From positions 1 to 42,368 of the forward strand of contig CAZIYQ010000001.1 of NCBI GenBank assembly GCA_964543505.1: a stretch of DNA of 42,368 bases. The letters are read 5' to 3'. The translations under genes were made by a program, and so were the position numbers. The notes beneath the pieces are model-generated. The model had not been told where the DNA came from and made no database searches. It saw nothing but the letters and a program-made list of their open reading frames with translations. Shown here piece after piece: positions 7,514 through 15,788 of the stretch. Every line of letters starts with the position of its first letter. Position 1 is the stretch's first letter. The stretch comes from an uncultured bacterium (GTDB lineage: Bacteria > Fidelibacterota > Marinisomatia > SCGC-AAA003-L08 > JACNLC01).

Positions 7514-9334
7514 ATGAAAAACAAATTTGTCTATTTTACACTTTGCCTTTCAACGATGGTTTATGGAACCATTATCCACGTGGGGCAGGGACAGGGGCTG
7601 CCACTGATCCAGGAGGGAATCGATACCGCTCAGCCCGGCGATACGGTCCTGGTGGATGACGGAATGTATTTTGAAAATCTCAGGCTGAACAAAGAGATCA
7701 CCCTGGCCAGCAGAGCTATTTTAGACGATCCTGTGAACTGGCCCAATAATCCCCACATGATGAATACCATTATCGATGGCAGCGCAGCACCACCGGATGC
7801 CATTCATGGCAGCTGCCTCACCATTGTGACCCCTTTTGACCCGGGAGGCTTGCCCCTGCCAATTTCACCGCAAATATCAGGATTTACTCTACAGCATGGG
7901 TTTGGCACCAGAGTTACCCAAGTTTCATCCTTTGATGACAATTTCATTGAACATCTGCGCTTGGGGGGCGGCGTATTGATCGCCGGATCAACACCCTCAT
8001 TCAGCTTTAACCGATTTTTAGAAAACGGTCAGTCCAATCGAGCAGCCGGTGTAGCACGAGGTGGTGCAGCATACGCTGGAACTGATGTGGATATTGATGA
8101 GATCAGGCCGGGAATTAGACGTCATGAACAGCCAACCCGCAATGACAGCCTTCATTTTTCACACAACATCTTTCTGGCAAATTCAGCCGGGATGGGAAAA
8201 ACGATGTTTGTAGATGGCTACCAGGGGACCATAGCTGTGGACGATTGTTTTTTTGATGTATTTGACTGTGAGCATCAAACGGTTCCCACCGCCTGGATCG
8301 TCGCTGGATCCCCGGGCCTGGAATTTGATTTTTCATTAGGGGAGGGCATGGTTTGCTCCATAAATCATGATGTGTGGATCAGTCCTGCCGGGGATGATTC
8401 GAATGGCACGGGTGACCCTTGGGCACCCTTCAGAACCATAACTCATGGTTTGGAAATGATTTCAGCAAGCCTGGACAATCCCATCGGTTTACATCTGCTG
8501 CCGGGTTTGTATGCACCCTATGAGAATGGCGAGCAGTTCCCCCTGAACCTGCCGGACAACTGTCTGCTGATTGGGGACTTTGGTGACCCTGTTGTCATCG
8601 ATGCGGATTCCACTGCCAGAGCTCTGACCATCATAAACGCTACCAAAACGCGCTGTGAACGAATTGCCATTAGCGGAGGTCAGGCCGGCAGTGCAGCCGG
8701 AGGAGGGATTGGTCTTTGGAATGCTCGTCTTGAGTTACTGAACGTGACACTTTCGGGGAATACTGCTCTTAGCGGAGGGGCGATTTATGCCGAGAACAGC
8801 GAGGTGCAGATGGTCAATACGATTGTGTGGAACAACAGTCCGCCCCAACTGCATTTTAATGCACAGCGTTTCCCTGTCCGGGCTGTGTTGGCCTATTCGG
8901 ACATTCAGGGAGGACTGAACGGTGTTTATTCCAATCTTCCGGACAATCTATTCTGGCTGGCTGGCAACCTGTCCCAGTGGCCCCAGCTCTCAGGTGATTT
9001 TTGTCTGGCGAACGACTCACCGTGTGTGGATGCGGGAATTCAGGACGTGACCATTGTCTATAACATGGAACAGGACACACTCTTTATTCCCCCACTACCC
9101 TTTAGCGGGCTAAATCCGGATATGGGGGCCTGTGAAACCCCGGGCGAGCCCTTTTTGCCCGGCGATGTAGATCAAAATGGTGAGCTGAATATTGTGGATA
9201 TTGTCATTATGGTGGATTTGACGCTGAACGGCGGTGCTTCCTCCTACGAGATGCAAGCCGGTGATCTGGATAACAGTGGCGAGATCAACATTGTTGACAT
9301 TGTTCTGCTGGTTGGAATAATTCTCGACTTATAA
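7514..9334 (+). CDS. Exported right-handed beta-helix protein (two modules) with C-terminal dockerin-like domain
   Basis: Signal peptide MKNKFVYFTLCLSTMVYG, with GGGGAG upstream of the ATG. IHVGQGQGLPLIQEGIDTAQPGDTVLVDDGMYFENL is a typical beta-helix N-cap. A second cap follows (SPAGDDSNGTGDPWAPFRTITHGL), and there are GGAIY/NTALSGG turns. The dockerin GDVDQNGELNIVDIV...GDLDNSGEINIVDIV lies at 9158-9331. Confidence 0.75.
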   Translation: MKNKFVYFTLCLSTMVYGTIIHVGQGQGLPLIQEGIDTAQPGDTVLVDDGMYFENLRLNKEITLASRAILDDPVNWPNNPHMMNTIIDGSAAPPDAIHGSCLTIVTPFDPGGLPLPISPQISGFTLQHGFGTRVTQVSSFDDNFIEHLRLGGGVLIAGSTPSFSFNRFLENGQSNRAAGVARGGAAYAGTDVDIDEIRPGIRRHEQPTRNDSLHFSHNIFLANSAGMGKTMFVDGYQGTIAVDDCFFDVFDCEHQTVPTAWIVAGSPGLEFDFSLGEGMVCSINHDVWISPAGDDSNGTGDPWAPFRTITHGLEMISASLDNPIGLHLLPGLYAPYENGEQFPLNLPDNCLLIGDFGDPVVIDADSTARALTIINATKTRCERIAISGGQAGSAAGGGIGLWNARLELLNVTLSGNTALSGGAIYAENSEVQMVNTIVWNNSPPQLHFNAQRFPVRAVLAYSDIQGGLNGVYSNLPDNLFWLAGNLSQWPQLSGDFCLANDSPCVDAGIQDVTIVYNMEQDTLFIPPLPFSGLNPDMGACETPGEPFLPGDVDQNGELNIVDIVIMVDLTLNGGASSYEMQAGDLDNSGEINIVDIVLLVGIILDL

Positions 9335-9352
9335 TGATGGATTCGTAAACTT

Positions 9353-11818
9353 TTGGGTAACATGCAAAATAGGAAAGTGCTTCTCGAAAAAGCCAAACAA
9401 TTCGTCTCGGACGGTGATTTAATTCAGGCGGTCAATCCCGAAGAAGCAGTCCTGTCGTACCAATCCGCCGTAGAAACTTATCTCGAAATTGATGAACAGG
9501 CCAAAGCGGCGGATCTTCTCAATCACAAAATCGGGGTTTTATACTACAACAAAGGCTTGAACAGGGAAGCTGAAAAATGGTGGCGCAAAGCCCTTGAGGC
9601 CTATCTATCCCTGAAAGAACCTGCCGGGACCAGTGATATCTGCAACAAGCTGGGAGTGGTCCATAAGTTGATGGCCGACTATTCCACTGCGTTGCAATAT
9701 TATCAAAAGGGGCTTGAATCCACAAGCCGGTTATCAGATTCAAAAATTAAAGTCAAATTACTAAATAACCTGGGGTTGGTCTATAAACTCTTGGGACATC
9801 CACGGCGAGCCAAAGAGAAATTCAAAGAGAGCCTTGCTCTGAAAAGAGAGATGGGGGATTTGATTGGTTCCGCCAATACACTGAACAATCTGGGGAATGT
9901 GTACAAAAGCCTGGGCGATCATGCCAAGGCTATCGAAGCTCTGGAAGAATGCAGGGCCATCTTTTTGAATGAACTGAAAACTCAAGATCAGAATAACGAA
10001 GCACTTCATTTCGGACTTGTCGCAGCCACACATGATATTGGCAATTTGCATTTTCAGAATGGACATCTGGAAACCGCCATGGAGTATTACAAGGAATCTC
10101 TCAACTTCAACCGCAGACAGGGGAAGATTGTCAGCCTTTTTGCCGATTATCGGGATTTGGGAGAGATTTACATCCGGCTTAAAAAATTCGAAAGTGCCGA
10201 GCGTTTTCTGAATCAGGCCAAGGCCATTGCTGAAAAGGCCGGTATGGAAGATTGTCTTTTTAGGGCATACCAGTCATTGGGAAATCTAAAACTGGCTGAA
10301 GGAGAATTGGGTGAGGCCTTCGGACAGTACAGAAACGCTATCGAAATACTGGAAAATATTCGCGGGAATCTGCTTTACGAGAGCCATCAAACAGGTTTTA
10401 TGAAAGGCGTGCTCGAGATTTACATCTCTGCCATCTCTGTTCTGATCCGTCTGAACCGTAAAGAGGAGGCTTTTAACTACCTGGAAATGATGAAAGCCCG
10501 GGTCCTGCTGGATGTCTTGGAAGGTGGTTTTTCTGATTTCGAAGAACTGCTGACGGATGCTGAAGTCCACAAGGAGCAGGAACTACTTGAAAAATTGGAA
10601 AAACTTAACAGTGATATCGCAGGTTTGCGGTCGTTCCAACAATCCGAATTTTCTGTGTTTGCCCAAATGCGAGAGCAGGCGCGGGAAGACCTGCACACTT
10701 TTGAGGAAGAATTATATGTCACTCATCCCGATGTAAAGGAGCTGCGGGGCAGGGGAGAACCCCTACCATTTAAAAGAGCCAGAAACCTGATGAGTCGAGA
10801 TGAGATTGCCATATATTATCTCATAGAGGAACAAAAGCTGCTGATCTTCCTGCTCTCACGCCGGGAGCTGGAAATCGTTGAGACCAATATCTCCGCAGAG
10901 GAACTCAAATCGAGAGTAATCGCCCTGCAAAATCCCACCACGCTTTGGGATCATGAGGCCGGCAGAGACTTGTATCAGCTACTCATCGCACCCCTTTTAC
11001 CCTATTTGAAAAATATTGATCGTCTCTGTCTGATACCCGACGGCATCCTGAACACTTTGCCCTTCCAGGCCCTTGAGAATGCCGACACCGGCCGCTATTT
11101 GATAGAAGATTTTGCCGTGTATTATGTGCCCTCTCTCTCTGCACTGAAAAGCGTCCGGAGCCTGGGGAATTACGGCACCAGTTCATTGCTGGCGCTGGGT
11201 GATCCGCAATTTGGAGACCCGCAGCAACAAGCCGGGGGGGACAGGGATAAGATGATGACCCTGCATCCGCTTCCTGCCACGAGAGAGGAAGTTGAAGTTC
11301 TTAAAACGGTCTATGAACCCAAAGTAAAAATACTCACAGGGGCAGAGGCCACAAAGTCCAATTTAAAGAAATATGCTTCCCAATATGGAGTTCTGCATTT
11401 TGCAACCCATGCCTTTACGGATGAGACCAACCCTACTTTTTCGGCCATCGCACTTGCCCATGAAAAGGGAGAATACGGATTTCTTATTGCAAAAGAGATC
11501 ATTAAAATGGAGCTGAATGCCGATCTTGTCGTACTCAGTGCCTGCAAAACGGCCACCGGAAAAGTTGTGGAAGGAGAAGGGATGTTGGGCCTCACGCGAG
11601 CCTTTTTTACCGCCGGAATTCCAACAGTAGTGGCCTCTCTGTGGAATGTGGAGGATTGCTCAACCCGGGAACTGATGGTGCAATTTCATACCCGCTTCAG
11701 AAAGAGGGAGCGCCCTGCAACGGCATTACGCGAAGCCCAGTTGCACCTGCTTCACGAGACGCAATATGATAACCCCTTTTACTGGGCACCCTTTGTCCTG
11801 ATTGGTGATTCAGAATAA
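9353..11818 (+). CDS. TPR-repeat CHAT-domain (caspase-like, clan CD) protease, cytoplasmic
   Basis: 821-aa ORF from TTG 9353; the first ATG is 9362. The N-terminal ~390 aa are TPR_12-like repeats (NNLGLVYKLLG, NNLGNVYKSLG, DIGNLHFQNG, DLGEIYIRL, QSLGNLKLAEG), followed by a helical linker. The CHAT domain is about aa 545-818. The catalytic His lies in VLHFATHA (H686, nt 11408-11410) and the catalytic Cys in LVVLSACKTA (C731, nt 11543-11545). The domain ends with the typical YWAPFVLIGD. No signal peptide. Confidence 0.85.
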   Translation: MGNMQNRKVLLEKAKQFVSDGDLIQAVNPEEAVLSYQSAVETYLEIDEQAKAADLLNHKIGVLYYNKGLNREAEKWWRKALEAYLSLKEPAGTSDICNKLGVVHKLMADYSTALQYYQKGLESTSRLSDSKIKVKLLNNLGLVYKLLGHPRRAKEKFKESLALKREMGDLIGSANTLNNLGNVYKSLGDHAKAIEALEECRAIFLNELKTQDQNNEALHFGLVAATHDIGNLHFQNGHLETAMEYYKESLNFNRRQGKIVSLFADYRDLGEIYIRLKKFESAERFLNQAKAIAEKAGMEDCLFRAYQSLGNLKLAEGELGEAFGQYRNAIEILENIRGNLLYESHQTGFMKGVLEIYISAISVLIRLNRKEEAFNYLEMMKARVLLDVLEGGFSDFEELLTDAEVHKEQELLEKLEKLNSDIAGLRSFQQSEFSVFAQMREQAREDLHTFEEELYVTHPDVKELRGRGEPLPFKRARNLMSRDEIAIYYLIEEQKLLIFLLSRRELEIVETNISAEELKSRVIALQNPTTLWDHEAGRDLYQLLIAPLLPYLKNIDRLCLIPDGILNTLPFQALENADTGRYLIEDFAVYYVPSLSALKSVRSLGNYGTSSLLALGDPQFGDPQQQAGGDRDKMMTLHPLPATREEVEVLKTVYEPKVKILTGAEATKSNLKKYASQYGVLHFATHAFTDETNPTFSAIALAHEKGEYGFLIAKEIIKMELNADLVVLSACKTATGKVVEGEGMLGLTRAFFTAGIPTVVASLWNVEDCSTRELMVQFHTRFRKRERPATALREAQLHLLHETQYDNPFYWAPFVLIGDSE

Positions 11819-11854
11819 GAATTACAAATATTCCATCCGGTCGAAACACCAGAA

Positions 11855-12658
11855 TTATATAGAATCAAGAATACCGATGAGCAGATTTGCGAAAGACTGT
11901 TTTACGCGATCGGTCGTTTCCAGCACTTCAGTGTGAGAAAGGGGTTCGGGTGATATCCCCGCGGCATAGTTTGTGAGGCAGGATATTCCCAATATTTTCA
12001 GACCCAGTTGACTGGCTGCCTGAATCTCCGGGACGGTGGACATGCCCACGGCATCACCCCCGAGACGAGCGATCTTGTTGATCTCTGCGGGAGTTTCGTA
12101 GGTAGGACCCAGAGTCCAGCAATAGACTCCCCGGCGCAAGGGTAATTTATTTTTTTCCGCAACCATGAGCGCTATATCGGTAAGTTTAATATCATGGTAT
12201 CCGTTGCCGGCTAAGACCAAAGGGTCCTTAGACGAATTACGAAAAGTGAAATCGAGATGGGCTGTGATCACCATGAGGTCGCCCAAATTCCATTGCCGCC
12301 GGAGGCAACCCGCAGCATTTGTAATGATCACAGTTTTGCAGCCTATGGCAGAGAAGATTTTAATCGGCAGCGTCACAGTCTCAAGTGCGTGTCCTTCATA
12401 ATAATGAAAACGACCCCTGGCACAAAAAACAGACGTTCTGCCAACATAGCCAAAGACGAATTCACCCACATGTCCGGACACAGAAGGCTGGGGATAACCG
12501 GGAATGTCGGCATAAGGAATTGTAATTTCTCCTGTGAGATGAGTAGAGAAATTTGCCAGACCCGAACCAAGGATAATGGCCGCCTCTGGTGCTTCAGGCA
12601 GGATATTGAGGATGTGTTCTGTAATATCTCCGATCATAAGTTCTCTTTCATGCTTCAT
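11855..12658 (-). CDS. Purine nucleoside phosphorylase (PNP/MTAP family)
   Basis: ILGSGL, SVSGHVGEFVFG, GRFHYYEG, TNAAG and GMSTVPE motifs. I chose the ATG at 12658 (MKHEREL) because it forms an ATGA overlap with the rlmN stop. The longer ORF reaching 12721 would overlap rlmN by 67 nt. Confidence 0.85.
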   Translation of the reverse strand: MKHERELMIGDITEHILNILPEAPEAAIILGSGLANFSTHLTGEITIPYADIPGYPQPSVSGHVGEFVFGYVGRTSVFCARGRFHYYEGHALETVTLPIKIFSAIGCKTVIITNAAGCLRRQWNLGDLMVITAHLDFTFRNSSKDPLVLAGNGYHDIKLTDIALMVAEKNKLPLRRGVYCWTLGPTYETPAEINKIARLGGDAVGMSTVPEIQAASQLGLKILGISCLTNYAAGISPEPLSHTEVLETTDRVKQSFANLLIGILDSI

Positions 12659-13749
12659 TTTCGGTGGTTGCTGGCGGCCAGCTGACCGCAGGCAGCAGCG
12701 ATATCCTGACCCTTGCTCCACCTCACCAGTATTTGTACCCTGCCACGATAATGGTAGAGAGTCTCCAGAAAGTTTTCGATCACCCGTTCATTCGGCCGTC
12801 GATAGCGACCCTCGGTCTCGTTGTAGGGGATGATATTCAGTTTGCAGTCAAAACCCTTGATCATGGTCATCAGTCTCCGGGCATCTTCAGGCGTATCATT
12901 GATGTCTTTCATCAAAATATATTCGAACATGATCTTACGCCGGGAATCCGTTTTGAATGTGCGCAGTTCATCAAAGATCTCCCCAATCGGCCAGGTATGA
13001 TTGACAGGCATGATACGATTGCGAACATCATCAGTTGTCGCATTCAGGGAGATGGCCAGTTTATAACGGCGCTTTTCCTGGATAAAACGTCTGATACCCG
13101 GCAGAATCCCCGAAGTTGAAATAGTAAGGCGGGTCGCACCAAAATCAAACCCCTGGCGATGATGAAAAATATCGGATGCTACCATAACCCGATCATAATT
13201 CAGAAAGGGTTCTCCCATTCCCATAAAAACAATATTGCTCACAGGAACAGAACTAAATTTTTTAACAAAGATGAGTTGATCAACAATCTCACCGACACTC
13301 AGATTCCGGATAAACTCCATGGACCCTGTTGCGCAGAAATCACAATCAACATTGCAGCCGATTTGTGATGAGATGCAGACAGTGTGGCGGTCCTCCTCCA
13401 CCATACTGACGGTTTCAATGAGCCGCCCATCGGCTGTTTTAAGGAGTAGTTTGTTGGTGGTCTCTTCTTTGGAGCTGGTGATTTTTATCAGTTCGAGTGT
13501 TGAGAAGATGCAGTTCTTTTGAAGATATTCCCGGAATCGCAGGGAAATGTTGGTCATCTTTTCAATATCTGACTCGCAATGACGGTACATCCATTCAAAG
13601 AGCTGCGTACTCCGGAATCGGGTCTGTCCCACAGCGATACACCAGGTCTGTAATTCTTCCAATGTCATTCCCTTAAGAATAATTTTTTCAGAATGAACAG
13701 TCTGGTCAGTCTTTGAATCCTGCGGTTTTCCTAAATAATCTATTTCCAT
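12655..13749 (-). CDS. rlmN: 23S rRNA/tRNA (adenine-C2)-methyltransferase, radical SAM
   Basis: CISSQIGCNVDCDFCATG (CxxxCxxC cluster), MGMGEPFLNYD, ISLNATTDDVRNRIMPVN, EYILMKDINDTPEDARRL, NIIPYNE. Confidence 0.9.
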   Translation of the reverse strand: MEIDYLGKPQDSKTDQTVHSEKIILKGMTLEELQTWCIAVGQTRFRSTQLFEWMYRHCESDIEKMTNISLRFREYLQKNCIFSTLELIKITSSKEETTNKLLLKTADGRLIETVSMVEEDRHTVCISSQIGCNVDCDFCATGSMEFIRNLSVGEIVDQLIFVKKFSSVPVSNIVFMGMGEPFLNYDRVMVASDIFHHRQGFDFGATRLTISTSGILPGIRRFIQEKRRYKLAISLNATTDDVRNRIMPVNHTWPIGEIFDELRTFKTDSRRKIMFEYILMKDINDTPEDARRLMTMIKGFDCKLNIIPYNETEGRYRRPNERVIENFLETLYHYRGRVQILVRWSKGQDIAAACGQLAASNHRK

Positions 13750-13869
13750 CGGGTAAATATTACAAAAAGTTCACGGAGGTATTGTTAATTAAAAATTATC
13801 GGTGAACATTCGTGTTGGTTGATGGTTTATGTCCCGTTTAGATTCCACACCCGAAATTATAGGAGAAAT

Positions 13870-14844
13870 ATGGATAACGTAAAATTAGTACAGAAATTAC
13901 ATCAACAAAAATCAGCATTATACGATGAAATTGGTAAAGTGATCATTGGGCAGAAGGATATTGTTGAACGCTTATTTATTTCATTATTATGCAAAGGCCA
14001 TATCCTGTTGGAGGGAGTGCCCGGATTGGCAAAAACCTTGTTGATCAAAACCCTTTCCGATGTTTTGGACCTTTCCTTTAACCGTATTCAATTTACACCG
14101 GATTTAATGCCGTCCGATATTACCGGTACAGATATCATTGAAGATAATGCCGAAACCGGAAAACGGGAATTCAAATTTTTTCAGGGTCCGGTGTTTGCAA
14201 ATATCATTCTCGCTGACGAAATCAACCGGACACCGCCCAAAACTCAGGCCGCTCTGCTGGAAGCGATGCAGGAACACAAAGTCACTACCGGCGGAAAAAC
14301 CTATACTCTTGAAGAACCCTTTTTCGTTTTGGCAACGCAAAATCCCATCGAACAGGAAGGCACCTATCCACTGCCCGAAGCCCAGCTCGACCGTTTCATG
14401 TTTAATGTCTTCATTCGCTATCCTTCCGCTGCGGAAGAGGTGGATATTGTCAAATCCACTACCGGCTCATCAGACGTATCGCTGAACAAGATCATCTCGC
14501 GAAAGGAATTGCTGGAGTTCCAGGAACTAGTCCGCAATGTGCCCGTGGCTGATAATGTGATTGAATACGCCGTTGATATTGTGGGCAAAACGCGTCCACT
14601 GTCAGAGACGGCCCCACAATTCACCAAAGACTGGCTGGATTGGGGTGCGGGACCCCGGGCCAGCATGTTTTTAGTCCTTGGCGCCAAAGCCAGGGCAGTC
14701 CTCGACGGACGCACAACCCCAGACATCAATGATGTTATTTCGCTGGTCAAGCCGGTCTTGCGCCACAGGATCATCACCAATTTTAATGCAGAGGCCGATG
14801 GCATCAAAACGGACGATGTTTTGGATAAATTGATCAAGGGTTAG
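13870..14844 (+). CDS. MoxR-family AAA+ ATPase
   Basis: AGGAG is 5 nt before the ATG at 13870. Motifs: LLEGVPGLAKT (Walker A), RIQFTPDLMPSDITG, ILADEINRTPPKTQAALLEAMQE, ATQNPIEQEGTYPLPEAQLDRF. Confidence 0.9.
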   Translation: MDNVKLVQKLHQQKSALYDEIGKVIIGQKDIVERLFISLLCKGHILLEGVPGLAKTLLIKTLSDVLDLSFNRIQFTPDLMPSDITGTDIIEDNAETGKREFKFFQGPVFANIILADEINRTPPKTQAALLEAMQEHKVTTGGKTYTLEEPFFVLATQNPIEQEGTYPLPEAQLDRFMFNVFIRYPSAAEEVDIVKSTTGSSDVSLNKIISRKELLEFQELVRNVPVADNVIEYAVDIVGKTRPLSETAPQFTKDWLDWGAGPRASMFLVLGAKARAVLDGRTTPDINDVISLVKPVLRHRIITNFNAEADGIKTDDVLDKLIKG

Positions 14845-14854
14845 ACGCAGTCGA

Positions 14855-15745
14855 ATGGCAAAAACCCGGTACCTGACTCCAGATATTATCTCGCGTCTCG
14901 ACAATCTGTCGCTGAAGGCGCGCATGGTGGTTGAGGGTTTCATTGTGGGTCTTCACAAAAGTCCCTACCACGGTTTTTCTGTGGAATTTTCAGAACATCG
15001 GTCATATGGTCCCGGAGATGAAATCCGGCATATTGACTGGAAACTCTGGGGGAAAACCGAACGCTATTATGTGAAGCAGTTTGAAGAAGAGACCAATTTG
15101 CGCTCACATCTGTTAGTGGATCAGAGTCGTTCGATGGCGTTTAAATCCGGAGCAGTGAGCAAACTGAATTACGCCCAGGTCCTGGCCGCTTCCCTGGCAT
15201 ATCTGATGATCAAACAGCAGGACGCCGCCGGCCTCACGCTTTTCGATTCGGAGATCCGTTCTTACGTACCGTCACGTTCCAAAACCAGCCATTTGAATGT
15301 GCTTCTGGGGCAGATGGACCACATCAATCCCGGACCCGAAACCCGCATTAGTCCCATCCTGCACAAAACAGCCGAAGCCATCCGCAAAAGGGGATTGATC
15401 GTCCTCATTTCAGATCTCTTCGATGATCCCGACGAAATGATCTCCGGTCTGAAGCATTTTCGCCACAAAGGTCACGAGGTTATCGTTTTTCATATTTTAG
15501 ACCCCCAGGAATTAACACTCGATTTTACAAATCGAACTCTGTTCAAAGATATGGAAACAAAAGAGGAAATCATCACTGAGCCCTGGCACATTCAGAAAGA
15601 TTATCAGAAGAGCCTGCGAGATTTCTGCGATCACATCCAAAACCGCTGTCGAAGGAATCATATTGATTATGTGCGCCTCACCACGGACCAACCCCTAGAT
15701 CTGGCCCTGGTAGAGTATCTCATCAAACGCAAACGGATGGGATAA
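14855..15745 (+). CDS. DUF58 (vWA-like) protein, MoxR partner
   Basis: HKSPYHGFSVEFSEHRSYGPGDEIRHIDWKLWGKTERYYVKQFEEE is the DUF58 signature. The gene starts 10 bp after moxR. Confidence 0.85.
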   Translation: MAKTRYLTPDIISRLDNLSLKARMVVEGFIVGLHKSPYHGFSVEFSEHRSYGPGDEIRHIDWKLWGKTERYYVKQFEEETNLRSHLLVDQSRSMAFKSGAVSKLNYAQVLAASLAYLMIKQQDAAGLTLFDSEIRSYVPSRSKTSHLNVLLGQMDHINPGPETRISPILHKTAEAIRKRGLIVLISDLFDDPDEMISGLKHFRHKGHEVIVFHILDPQELTLDFTNRTLFKDMETKEEIITEPWHIQKDYQKSLRDFCDHIQNRCRRNHIDYVRLTTDQPLDLALVEYLIKRKRMG

Positions 15746-15769
15746 AAAAAGAGCAGCTATTTAAGCTGC
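15744..15769 (-). terminator. Rho-independent terminator for the minus-strand TPR lipoprotein gene, between convergent genes
   Basis: Stem GCAGCT (15753-15758) / AGCTGC (15764-15769) with loop ATTTA. On the minus strand it is followed by TCTTTTTTT (plus-strand A-run 15744-15752). Confidence 0.6.
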
Positions 15770-15788
15770 CCTAAAGTTCAGACCCGAA

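Noticed and set aside
9353-11818. Idea that the TPR-CHAT gene marks a type III-E CRISPR (Craspase) locus
   Set aside because: No cas7-11/gRAMP gene, other cas genes, Csx30/Csx31-like genes or CRISPR repeats occur anywhere in the 42 kb. Only the domain plan is shared.
12257-13119. Plus-strand ORFs of 142 and 151 aa
   Set aside because: They are antisense to the PNP and rlmN genes, both of which are strongly supported by motifs.
13870-15745. MoxR/DUF58 as the NTPase-vWA partner of the CHAT protease (vWA-MoxR-type conflict system)
   Set aside because: They are separated from the CHAT gene by two opposite-strand housekeeping genes (PNP, rlmN). They have their own RBS and look like the ordinary Bat-type MoxR/DUF58 pair.
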